Assembly (NCBI GenBank): GCA_902774045.1
Contig: CACYGW010000001.1
Span: 64,070 to 128,069, forward strand
Reading direction: 5' to 3'
DNA length: 64,000 nt
From: an uncultured Bacteroidia bacterium
Lineage (GTDB): Bacteria > Bacteroidota > Bacteroidia > Bacteroidales > UBA932
Of the stretch, positions 1 through 7,968 are shown in pieces. The notes beneath the pieces were generated by a model that made no database searches, was not told where the DNA came from, and was given only the letters and a program-made list of their open reading frames with translations. Each line of letters begins with the position of its first letter. The first letter of the stretch is position 1. The translations under genes and the position numbers were made by a program.

Positions 1-861
1 CTGCTTAAAAAGTGGTACGACCGCTGTAACACAACCTACAAGAATGCCGGCCACAGTGACGATATCTTTATGGTAGGAGAGGCCTGGATGGATCATTCCG
101 TAGAGAAAGACTATTACAAGGGCCTCCAGTCTTGCTTTGAGTTCGACTACTGGGGTAAGCTTACTTATGCCGTCAACGACAAGGTGGCTATGTATTTTGC
201 AAAGGATGTGATGACGTTCATCAATTCTCACAAGAATGTGCGCTCGGATGCCATTACTTCCATCTTCCTTACCAATCACGATGCAGCCCGTGCTGCAGAG
301 GGCCTGGGTAAGAATCTGGCAAAGGAGAAACAGGCGGCTGCTCTGCTTCTTACAAGTACAGGTAAGCCCTTCATCTATCAGGGCGAGGAACTTGGTTACT
401 GGGGCAACCAGAGTCAGGGAGACGAGTATGTCCGCACACCTATCAAGTGGACTAAGACGGGTAATGTTCCTACTGTGGCTCTTGGCGGCAAGGTGGATAA
501 CGGTATGCTTTCTTCCAGCATCTCCGTTGAGGCCCAGAAAGAGAACGATAGCTCGCTGCTGAATGTTTACAAAGCATTTGCAAGGGTACGTAATACCTAT
601 CATGCTCTTGCAAAGGGAACAATGAAGGAGCATGGCACCTACAACAGCAACAACACCTCTTATCCTTCAATCGGATGCTGGTATATGGAGTACGGCACGG
701 AGAAGATGCTGGTAGTTCACAATACAGAGACTACAGCCAAGACCATTTCTCTCTCCGGCGAAGACCTTACCAAACCCGTAGCTCTTCTTGGTACTGCCAG
801 CATTGCCGGCAGCGACCTTACCCTTGGAGGCAACAGCTCAGTAATATTTAAACTTTACTAA
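1..861 (+). CDS. GH13 alpha-amylase family glycoside hydrolase, C-terminal part (5' end lies outside the window)
   Basis: Frame 1 is open from base 1 (LLKKWYDRCNTTYKNAGHSDDIFMVGEAW...), so the ATG at 70 in the ORF track is internal. FLTNHDAARA (GH13 NHD region) and PFIYQGEELGYWG are typical of alpha-amylases. Stop is TAA 859-861. Confidence 0.85.
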   Translation: MLKKWYDRCNTTYKNAGHSDDIFMVGEAWMDHSVEKDYYKGLQSCFEFDYWGKLTYAVNDKVAMYFAKDVMTFINSHKNVRSDAITSIFLTNHDAARAAEGLGKNLAKEKQAAALLLTSTGKPFIYQGEELGYWGNQSQGDEYVRTPIKWTKTGNVPTVALGGKVDNGMLSSSISVEAQKENDSSLLNVYKAFARVRNTYHALAKGTMKEHGTYNSNNTSYPSIGCWYMEYGTEKMLVVHNTETTAKTISLSGEDLTKPVALLGTASIAGSDLTLGGNSSVIFKLY

Positions 862-870
862 CATAACATT

Positions 871-914
871 GTCATTTCGAGTGTAGGTACGGAGTACCGA
901 AATCGAGAAATCTC
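871..914. repeat. Partial (left-arm) copy of the GTCATTTCGA...GAGAAATCT intergenic repeat family
   Basis: GTCATTTCGAGTGTAGGTACGGAGTACCGAAATCGAGAAATCTC shares TCATTTCGAG and CGAGAAATCT with the copies at 4345-4444 and 33387-33451. It has its own hairpin GGTAC-GGA-GTACC (886-898). It lies in the 61-bp gap between two GH13 genes. Confidence 0.7.
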
Positions 915-922
915 AAAATAAT

Positions 923-2344
923 ATGAAAAAGATATTAATTCTCATAGCCGTACTCTTTGCCACACTGTCCTGTTGCGGCAAGAAAACGCCGCTCCATCCC
1001 GAGTGGACCTACAACTCCGTAGTATACGAAGTAAACATCCGCCAGTTCTCTCCCGAAGGCACATTCAAAGGCGTAGAGGACCAGCTTCCCCGCCTGAAAA
1101 AACTGGGAGTGGACGTTCTTTGGCTGATGCCTATGTACGAGATTGGCACAGAGGGCCGCAAGGGCTCGCTTGGCTCTTACTATGCCATCTCCGACTACAA
1201 GAAGGTAAACCCCGAGTTTGGTACAATGGAGGACTTTGAGCACCTGCTCTCCCAGGCACACGAACTTGGATTCAAGGTTATCCTTGACTGGGTTGCCAAT
1301 CAGACCGCTCCGGACAATGTATGGATGACAGAGAAACCGGCCGACTTCTACGAGCGCGACTCTCTTGGCAATGCCATCTGGGAGTATGACTGGACCGACA
1401 CCCGCTCTCTCAACTACGAGAACCAGGAAGTTTGGTGGGCCCAGGACGATGCAATGCGTTTCTGGTTGGAAAAGGGAGTCGATGGTTTCCGTTGCGACGC
1501 CGCCGGTGAGGTTCCCGCTGAGTTCTGGTACGGTATCCTTCCCAAGATGAACCAGGACTATCCCGACATCTATCTTCTTGCAGAGGCAGAAAGGGATAAC
1601 CTTGCAGACCCTACGGTTACTTTTGATGCAAACTATGCCTGGGAACTCCATCACCTCCTTAACGGACTGGCCCAGGGAAGCAAGACCGTTCAGGATCTTA
1701 AGGACTACGTGGCCCGCGATGCAGCCCGCTTCCCCAAGGAGGCCTTCCGTCTTACCTTTACTTCCAATCACGACGAGAATTCCTGGTCCGGTACCGAGTT
1801 CGAGCGTCAGGGCGCCGCAGCCGATGCCTGCGCAGTTCTGTCCTTCACTCTTCCCGGCAGCCAGCCCCTCATTTATACAGGACAGGAGATTGGTCTTGAG
1901 CGCCGTCTGGCCTTCTTTGAGAAAGACCCTATAACGGACTGGTCTACAAACGAGTACACTATTTTCTGGCAGAATCTTGTATCTCTTAAGCATAATAATC
2001 CGGCTCTTGCCGCTGGCGAGAAGGGCGGAGATATCGTATGGTGGGAAGCCCCGGAGGGTGTTGTTGCCTTCCATCGCGAGGTAGAGGGTAACAAGGTTAT
2101 CGTCCTTGCCAACTTTGGCGTACCCCAGACCGCTCCCCAGGAGGGTGAAGCCGTTTCTGCAAACGACAATCGCCCCCAGGGAAGCAAGACTGCCCAGCCT
2201 TTCAAGAACCTTGAGTCAGAGCCTGTTAAGATGACTATCAAACTTGACGGAGAATATAAGGATGTATTCAACTACCTTACCCTCAGCGGTGAAGATGAAA
2301 TATCCCTTGTTCCCGGCGAGTTCATGGTTCTTGTAAAACAATAA
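923..2344 (+). CDS. GH13 alpha-amylase family lipoprotein
   Basis: 473 aa. Lipoprotein-type signal MKKILILIAVLFATLSCC. GH13 conserved regions are visible: VILDWVANQT, DGFRCDAAGE, YLLAEAE, FTSNHDEN. Confidence 0.9.
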   Translation: MKKILILIAVLFATLSCCGKKTPLHPEWTYNSVVYEVNIRQFSPEGTFKGVEDQLPRLKKLGVDVLWLMPMYEIGTEGRKGSLGSYYAISDYKKVNPEFGTMEDFEHLLSQAHELGFKVILDWVANQTAPDNVWMTEKPADFYERDSLGNAIWEYDWTDTRSLNYENQEVWWAQDDAMRFWLEKGVDGFRCDAAGEVPAEFWYGILPKMNQDYPDIYLLAEAERDNLADPTVTFDANYAWELHHLLNGLAQGSKTVQDLKDYVARDAARFPKEAFRLTFTSNHDENSWSGTEFERQGAAADACAVLSFTLPGSQPLIYTGQEIGLERRLAFFEKDPITDWSTNEYTIFWQNLVSLKHNNPALAAGEKGGDIVWWEAPEGVVAFHREVEGNKVIVLANFGVPQTAPQEGEAVSANDNRPQGSKTAQPFKNLESEPVKMTIKLDGEYKDVFNYLTLSGEDEISLVPGEFMVLVKQ

Positions 2345-2347
2345 GAA

Positions 2348-4258
2348 ATGAAACGTCTTTTGATACTTGCCGCATTTGCTTTGTGCTCTTGCGGCAATTC
2401 TTTTGTTTTTGAGCCCTCTTCTGTGGCCGATGCCCCCGAGGGTGAGGTTCTTCGCGTAGAACCCCCGTGCTGGTGGACAGGAATGAAGACCTCCCTTCAG
2501 TTAATGATTTACGGCCCCGGCATAGGAAACGCAGAATCTGTACAACTCAGAGGCCTGGATGGCGTAAGCATCGGCCATACAACAAAGGGCGACAGCCCTA
2601 ATTATATATTTGCCGATGTAACCATCGGCCCTAAGGCCACCCCGGGAGATGGTTGGCTTGTTTTTACTTTGGCCGATGGTTCCGTTTTCAAATATCCTTA
2701 TTCGATAGGGGAGAAGGCCGCCGGGCAGAGGGAGAGTTTTACCACGGCAGATATGATTTATCTAATCTTCCCGGATAGGTTTGCAAATGGCGATGCCTCC
2801 AATGACAGTACGCCGGATACTAAGGAAAAGGCCTGCAGAACCAGCATTCACGGGCGCCACGGAGGTGATATCCAGGGAATTATAGACCATCTCGACTATA
2901 TATCTGAGCTTGGGGCTACAGCCATCTGGTGCACGCCGCTTCTGACGGACGACCAGCCCCGCGGTTCCTATCACGGCTATGCCTGCGGAGATTATTATGC
3001 CATAGATCCCAGGATGGGCAGCAATGCTCTGTATAAGGAGATGGTGGACCGGTGCCACGACAAGGGCTTAAAGGTAATAATGGACGTGGTTACAAACCAC
3101 TGCGGTACAGACCATTGGTGGATGAAGGACCTTCCCTTCAAAGATTGGATTCACGTGTTCCCGGAGTACACCGGCACTAATGTGGCTTTTTCTACCAATA
3201 TGGACCCCAATGCCTCTGCCTACGACCTTAATCTTCAGGAAAGCGGGTGGTTTGTGCCTTCTATGCCGGATATGAATCTGGACAATCCCTTTGTACTTAA
3301 GTACTTCCAGCAGTGGGCCGTCTGGTGGGTAGAGTATTCCGGGCTTGACGGCTTTAGGGTAGATACCTATCCCTACAACGAGAAGTGGCCTATGAGCCTT
3401 TGGTGCAAGGCCGTGCGGGAAGAGTATCCCTGGATTAACATAGTGGGCGAGTGCTGGACCTTCTCTCATCCGCAGCTGGCCTATTGGCAGGCCGGGGCCC
3501 CTAATCCCGACGGGTTTAACAGCAATCTGCCTTCGATTATGGATTTCCCCCTGAGGGAGGCAATCGTGTCTGCCATTTCAGAGGGCGGGGACAATCCAGG
3601 GTGGCTGATGGGTACGCAAAGGATTTACGATTGCCTAAGCCACGATTTTCTGTACAAAGACCTTTCCCATATGATGACGTTCTTTGCCAATCACGACCAC
3701 GGACGTATGGGAGATGCTTTTGGGCACGATGCTGCCAAGATGAAACTGGCGCTTGCGCTTCTTGCCACCGTACGCGGCATTCCGCAGTTATATAATGGGG
3801 ATGAGATGATGTTTTCCCGCCTCCCCGGGCAGGATGATGGCGATGGTGCCAAGCGCATTGATTTTCCCGGCGGCTGGGAGGGGGATGCCGTGAACCTTTT
3901 CTCTCCCCAGGGACGCACTGCAGCCCGTGGGCAGTATGCCTCTGCCGCCGAGCTTCACGATTACACGGCCCGCCTCTTTAACTGGAGGCGCGGCAAGAGC
4001 GTGCTGCACAATGGGAAGACAATGCATTTTGTAACCAGGGATAATACCTATGCTTTCTTTAGGTATGACTATACCGACGCTGTCTTTGTATTTATTAATA
4101 ATTCGGGCTCGCCAAAGGCTGTGCCCTGGAGCCACTACGCAGAGATAGTTCCTGCAAGCGTTAACGCAACGAATGTTATTACGGGCCGGCCGGCAGTTCT
4201 TTCAGAAGACCTTACCGTCCCGCCTTTTACCGCCTACATAGCAGAGTTTAGCAGATAA
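2348..4258 (+). CDS. GH13 neopullulanase/cyclomaltodextrinase-like enzyme (SusA-like), lipoprotein
   Basis: 636 aa. Signal with Cys (LILAAFALCSCGN). An N-terminal beta-sandwich is followed by GH13 regions VIMDVVTNHCG, DGFRVDTYP, IVGECW, FFANHDHGR. It starts 3 nt after the preceding GH13 stop. Confidence 0.9.
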   Translation: MKRLLILAAFALCSCGNSFVFEPSSVADAPEGEVLRVEPPCWWTGMKTSLQLMIYGPGIGNAESVQLRGLDGVSIGHTTKGDSPNYIFADVTIGPKATPGDGWLVFTLADGSVFKYPYSIGEKAAGQRESFTTADMIYLIFPDRFANGDASNDSTPDTKEKACRTSIHGRHGGDIQGIIDHLDYISELGATAIWCTPLLTDDQPRGSYHGYACGDYYAIDPRMGSNALYKEMVDRCHDKGLKVIMDVVTNHCGTDHWWMKDLPFKDWIHVFPEYTGTNVAFSTNMDPNASAYDLNLQESGWFVPSMPDMNLDNPFVLKYFQQWAVWWVEYSGLDGFRVDTYPYNEKWPMSLWCKAVREEYPWINIVGECWTFSHPQLAYWQAGAPNPDGFNSNLPSIMDFPLREAIVSAISEGGDNPGWLMGTQRIYDCLSHDFLYKDLSHMMTFFANHDHGRMGDAFGHDAAKMKLALALLATVRGIPQLYNGDEMMFSRLPGQDDGDGAKRIDFPGGWEGDAVNLFSPQGRTAARGQYASAAELHDYTARLFNWRRGKSVLHNGKTMHFVTRDNTYAFFRYDYTDAVFVFINNSGSPKAVPWSHYAEIVPASVNATNVITGRPAVLSEDLTVPPFTAYIAEFSR

Positions 4259-4268
4259 ATAGGCAATA

Positions 4269-4345
4269 GTCATTTCGACCGAACCCGCTCGTTGGTCATT
4301 TCGACCGAACCTGCTCGTTGTCATTTCGACTGAACCCGCTCGTTG
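4269..4345. repeat. Three head-to-tail copies of a 25-26 bp unit (GTCATTTCGACCGAACCCGCTCGTTG)
   Basis: Units at 4269-4294, 4295-4320 and 4321-4345 differ by 1-2 substitutions. They are contiguous with no spacers. Each unit is the left arm of the palindromic element that follows. Confidence 0.9.
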
Positions 4346-4444
4346 TCATTTCGACCGAACGAAGTGAGTGGAGAAATCTTTAAAGAAAAGATTTCTAAAC
4401 CAGAGATTTCTCCACGCGGGCCTTTGGCCCTTGGTCGAAATGAC
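4345..4444. repeat. Complete 100-bp nested-palindrome intergenic element (REP/MITE-like)
   Basis: Terminal inverted repeat GTCATTTCGACC (4345-4356) / GGTCGAAATGAC (4433-4444). Inner stem GTGGAGAAATC (4368-4378) / GATTTCTCCAC (4405-4415). Alternative stem AGAAATCTT (4372-4380) / AAGATTTCT (4388-4396). Hairpin GGGCC-TTT-GGCCC (4418-4430). Confidence 0.85.
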
Positions 4445-4491
4445 AGAAATGGTAAATAAATAGGTACAGGTTATTTATTAGGATTAGTTCT

Positions 4492-4932
4492 TTACTGGTT
4501 ATCCCAGAGTTGAATTACCTGGTCCATTATCTGTTTAAGATCGGAGTAGGGCATATAGCCTACCGTAGAATCTGTCTTGGGACCACCGCTGGCAGCGGCC
4601 TTTACGCCTTTTGCCGCCCTGGTATCCGCCGGTCCGTAAACCCAGAGAAGGTAAGGAATGCTCTCTACTCCGTAGCGGGCAGCCCACTCCTTATTCTCAT
4701 CTACATTTACACGGAAGAAATCAACCTTTCCGGCGTACTCCTTTGCCAATTTCTCCAGTTCCGGCCCCAGTTTGCGGCACGGACCGCACCAATCGGCGTA
4801 AAAATCAATTACTGCCGGACGTGTGAACTTGTGGTTGGACAAATCATTGTCCGTCATGCTTTTAACATTCTGTGCAGAGCAAAGAGCCGCTGCACCAAAC
4901 AATAGAATTATTGCAAGAAAAAACTTTTTCAT
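4492..4932 (-). CDS. Secreted thioredoxin-family protein
   Basis: 146 aa. N-terminal signal MKKFFLAIILLFGAAALCSA. Active-site motif WCGPC. Confidence 0.9.
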   Translation of the reverse strand: MKKFFLAIILLFGAAALCSAQNVKSMTDNDLSNHKFTRPAVIDFYADWCGPCRKLGPELEKLAKEYAGKVDFFRVNVDENKEWAARYGVESIPYLLWVYGPADTRAAKGVKAAASGGPKTDSTVGYMPYSDLKQIMDQVIQLWDNQ

Positions 4933-4943
4933 AAAATTGGAAA

Positions 4944-5564
4944 TTATTTTTGCGGGAACAGACCATACATCTGTCCGTCGATCATATCGGTAACAGCACT
5001 GAAGTCCTCCGGATTATTGCCGAACTTAATTTTGTCTGCATCCACGATAAGAAGATTGGCTTTATAGTCGGCAATCCAGTTTTCGTAGCGCTCGTTAAGA
5101 CCTGTAAGATAGTCTATGCGGATGCTGCGCTCGTACTCGCGGCCGCGCTTCTGAATCTGGGCCACAAGGTTGGGAATGGAAGAACGCAGGTAGATAAGAA
5201 GATCCGGCGGATTAACCAGGGACATCATAAGATCAAAGAGATCAGAGTAATTCTCAAAGTCCCTGGTGGACATAAGCCCCATAGCATGCAGGTTGGGCGC
5301 AAAAATACGGGCATCTTCGTAAATGGTGCGGTCCTGAATAATTACGTCGTCGCACTTGGAGATGTCCACGACATCCTTGAATCGCTTGTTAAGGAAGTAG
5401 ATCTGCAGGTTGAACGACCACCTTTCCATATCCTCGTAGAAGTCTGCAAGGTAGGGATTGAAGTCTACAGATTCAAATTTAGGAGTCCATCCGTAATGGT
5501 TTGCCAGCATCTTTGTGAGCGTGGTCTTGCCACTACCTATGTTTCCGGCTATTGCTATGTGCAT
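4944..5564 (-). CDS. Deoxynucleoside kinase (paralog 1)
   Basis: 206 aa. P-loop IAGNIGSGKTT at the N-terminus and the DRTIYED (DRS/ERS-like) motif, a dNK/dCK/dGK family architecture. It is clearly similar along its whole length to the next gene. Confidence 0.85.
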   Translation of the reverse strand: MHIAIAGNIGSGKTTLTKMLANHYGWTPKFESVDFNPYLADFYEDMERWSFNLQIYFLNKRFKDVVDISKCDDVIIQDRTIYEDARIFAPNLHAMGLMSTRDFENYSDLFDLMMSLVNPPDLLIYLRSSIPNLVAQIQKRGREYERSIRIDYLTGLNERYENWIADYKANLLIVDADKIKFGNNPEDFSAVTDMIDGQMYGLFPQK

Positions 5565-5580
5565 AATATTTAGTTTTTAT

Positions 5581-6225
5581 TTATTCTATCGTCAGCCCCT
5601 TCTTTCCAAACAGTCCGTAAAGCTCTGCGTCTATCTTGTTGACAATCTGGGCAAAATCTTCCGGGTTATTCTCGAAGTCCAGATTGTCTGCATCTATGAT
5701 GAGCACGTGGCCCTTATAGTCCTCTCCTATGAACTTCTCGTATTTGTCGTTAAGACCCTTAAGATAGTCGATTCCTATGCTCTGCTCGTAATCGCGGCCG
5801 CGCTTTTGAATTTGGGCCACGAGGTGGGGCACCGACGAGCGAAGGTAAATCATAAGGTCCGGATACTTAACCATCGACATCATCCTCTCGAAAAGTCGCA
5901 TATAGGTTTCGAAATCCCTCTTGGAAAGGTTGCCCATCTCGTAGTTGTTGGCCACGAAGATATAGACTCCCTCGAAGATGGTACGGTCCTGGATGATGAC
6001 CTCTTTGCTTTTTGCAATGTCTATGATATCTGCGAACCTCTGCTCCAGAAAATATATCTCCAGGTTGAAAGACCAGCGCGGAATATCCTTGTAGTAGTCT
6101 TCCAGATAGGGGTTGTAGGTTACCGACTCGTACTTGGGCGTCCAGCCGTAGTATTCAGACAGTTTACGGGTGAGAGTAGTCTTCCCGCTGCCTATATTGC
6201 CTGCTATTCCAATATGCATACCCAA
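5581..6225 (-). CDS. Deoxynucleoside kinase (paralog 2)
   Basis: 214 aa (or 212 aa from the second ATG). IAGNIGSGKTT P-loop, DRTIFEG, LRSSVPHLVAQIQKRGRDYE. It is a tandem paralog of 4944-5564. Confidence 0.85.
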   Translation of the reverse strand: MGMHIGIAGNIGSGKTTLTRKLSEYYGWTPKYESVTYNPYLEDYYKDIPRWSFNLEIYFLEQRFADIIDIAKSKEVIIQDRTIFEGVYIFVANNYEMGNLSKRDFETYMRLFERMMSMVKYPDLMIYLRSSVPHLVAQIQKRGRDYEQSIGIDYLKGLNDKYEKFIGEDYKGHVLIIDADNLDFENNPEDFAQIVNKIDAELYGLFGKKGLTIE

Positions 6226-6263
6226 ATAGTATAAGTCAATCCTTACAAAAATAGTAAAAAATA

Positions 6264-7964
6264 TTATTCGTTCAACGTTTGACCGCCTATAAATTCCCTC
6301 ATTATGGAAGTGGGCGGAATGGCAGCAATCTCGTCGGGCGACAAAGACACTAAGTAACCAAGGAACTTAAGCAGGCGCACGGCCTCAGGATAGGCAGGGG
6401 AGGTGGGATGAATCCTCTGCAGCAGCGGCGTGGCGTAGTACTTAAGCATCGGGAGTTCAAAAATAAGTGCAGAATTAAAGATAGCATCGGCATTCTCCTG
6501 GAAGGGGAATATATTGCGGCTTTCGCCGTGCCGTACGCTGTGCCAGCGGAGTATGGTTTCCTCCGGGGATATGCCCCTTACCCGGTTGTCCCTTATCATC
6601 CTGCGAAGCAGGCGGTTGTCAGAGGTGGAGATGTTGTTGTTCTCGTCTATGTGAAGGCTGGTAAGAGCAGAGGCGTAAACCCTGAAAATTTTCTCCTGGG
6701 GTACCGAGCTAGTCATTGCCGGGTTAAGGGCGTGAATGCCCTCGGCAATCAGGATGTCCCCCTCTTCCAGCCTCATAGGCGTGCCTGCCCCGGGAATACG
6801 GGAGCCTGTCTTGAAGTCGAATTTTGGAATTATCACCTCCTCCCTGCGCAAAAGGGAGTTGAGCTGGCTGTCAAGGTAGTCCAGGTCCATTGCGTAGAGG
6901 GATTCAAAGTCGTAGTCTCCGTTCTCGTCGCGCGGGGTATGCTCCCTGTCCACAAAGTAATTGTCCAGCTCTATTACCTTAGGGTTGAGCCCAAGCACCC
7001 TGCACTCCATTGCAATTCTTAGCGAAGACGAGGTCTTTCCGCTGGACGAAGGCCCGGCTATAAAGACAATTTTTGCTCCCTTGGCCTTGATTTCGTCTGC
7101 TATGGCTGCGTATTTACGGCTGGCAAGGGCCTCTGAGATATTAATTATGCTCACGCCGTGGCCTTCCAGAATTGCGGCATTCAACTGGCCAACTCCGCGT
7201 ATCCCTATAATTGAACACCAGTCCGAATACTCCTTAAGAGTAGCGGATATCTTGGATTGCATGGTTGTTGGAATGAGCTTGGAGAAGTCGTCTATGGACG
7301 GCGGCTTAAGGCAGAAGCCGTTGCTGAAGGGCTCGAGGGCAAAGTTTGTAAGAAGGCTGCTGTCCGGCAGAAGGGGGCCGTGGAAGGAGTCGTTGTTGCC
7401 CTGGAAACCATAGATATTGCAAGTATACTTTCCAAGGCTTTCCAGAAGTTTTGCCTTTTCCGGCTGATTCTGTTTTACATACATCTTGCAGGCTTCCGAT
7501 ACCAGCATCCTTCTCTTACTGAATGGTTTCCCCTCCGAGGCAATGGCGTGCATCTTCTCTTCCAGGGCGGCAATCCCCTGGGCGCTAAGTGCAATTGGGG
7601 CGCCATAGGGGCCGTCCAGCAGTTCGCAGTACATCCCGCTGGGAAGGGAATGGTCTATTATAAGGGTGCAGGAAGGGTAAAGTTCCCTTACCGCTACCTG
7701 TAGAAGGAAGCATAGGGAGCGCACGTAGGTGCGTCTTCCGTCCCCGTTGTTGTAGCCAAGGAACTCCACTACAACATCGTTGTAAAGTGTTGTGGTAAGT
7801 TCCTTGAGTTTATGATCTACGTATGCGGCCATAACAGGGTACTCCGCCCCGGTCTTGGGGTTTTTTATAACGGGGCACCAATTCTTTGCTACTTGCTGCA
7901 GTGTTGTGCCCTGCTCTACGGAGATTATCCTGTTTTCGTTTACCAATAAAATGTCAATGCTCAT
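6264..7964 (-). CDS. TGS-domain / uridine kinase (PRK-family nucleoside kinase) fusion protein
   Basis: 566 aa. The N-terminal ~60 aa is a TGS-like beta-grasp (MSIDILLVNENRIISVEQGTTLQQVA). The central P-loop IAGPSSSGKTSS and a C-terminal uridine kinase/phosphoribulokinase-like region follow. Confidence 0.75.
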   Translation of the reverse strand: MSIDILLVNENRIISVEQGTTLQQVAKNWCPVIKNPKTGAEYPVMAAYVDHKLKELTTTLYNDVVVEFLGYNNGDGRRTYVRSLCFLLQVAVRELYPSCTLIIDHSLPSGMYCELLDGPYGAPIALSAQGIAALEEKMHAIASEGKPFSKRRMLVSEACKMYVKQNQPEKAKLLESLGKYTCNIYGFQGNNDSFHGPLLPDSSLLTNFALEPFSNGFCLKPPSIDDFSKLIPTTMQSKISATLKEYSDWCSIIGIRGVGQLNAAILEGHGVSIINISEALASRKYAAIADEIKAKGAKIVFIAGPSSSGKTSSSLRIAMECRVLGLNPKVIELDNYFVDREHTPRDENGDYDFESLYAMDLDYLDSQLNSLLRREEVIIPKFDFKTGSRIPGAGTPMRLEEGDILIAEGIHALNPAMTSSVPQEKIFRVYASALTSLHIDENNNISTSDNRLLRRMIRDNRVRGISPEETILRWHSVRHGESRNIFPFQENADAIFNSALIFELPMLKYYATPLLQRIHPTSPAYPEAVRLLKFLGYLVSLSPDEIAAIPPTSIMREFIGGQTLNE

Positions 7965-7968
7965 AACT

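Noticed and set aside
935-2074. 379-aa ORF antisense to the GH13 gene. Similar long antisense ORFs occur at 4950-5573, 5515-6234, 9922-10794, 16041-16904, 23858-24877, 30046-30837, 46575-47513, 47876-48535 and 62945-63655.
   Set aside because: Each lies entirely within, and opposite to, a gene with strong family motifs. Their translations are low-complexity or motif-free. Long shadow ORFs are expected opposite real genes in moderately GC-rich DNA.
4269-4345. Possible CRISPR array, because of the regularly repeated 25-26 bp units.
   Set aside because: The units abut each other with no spacers. There are only three copies, no cas genes are in the window, and the unit is the arm of a palindromic intergenic element.
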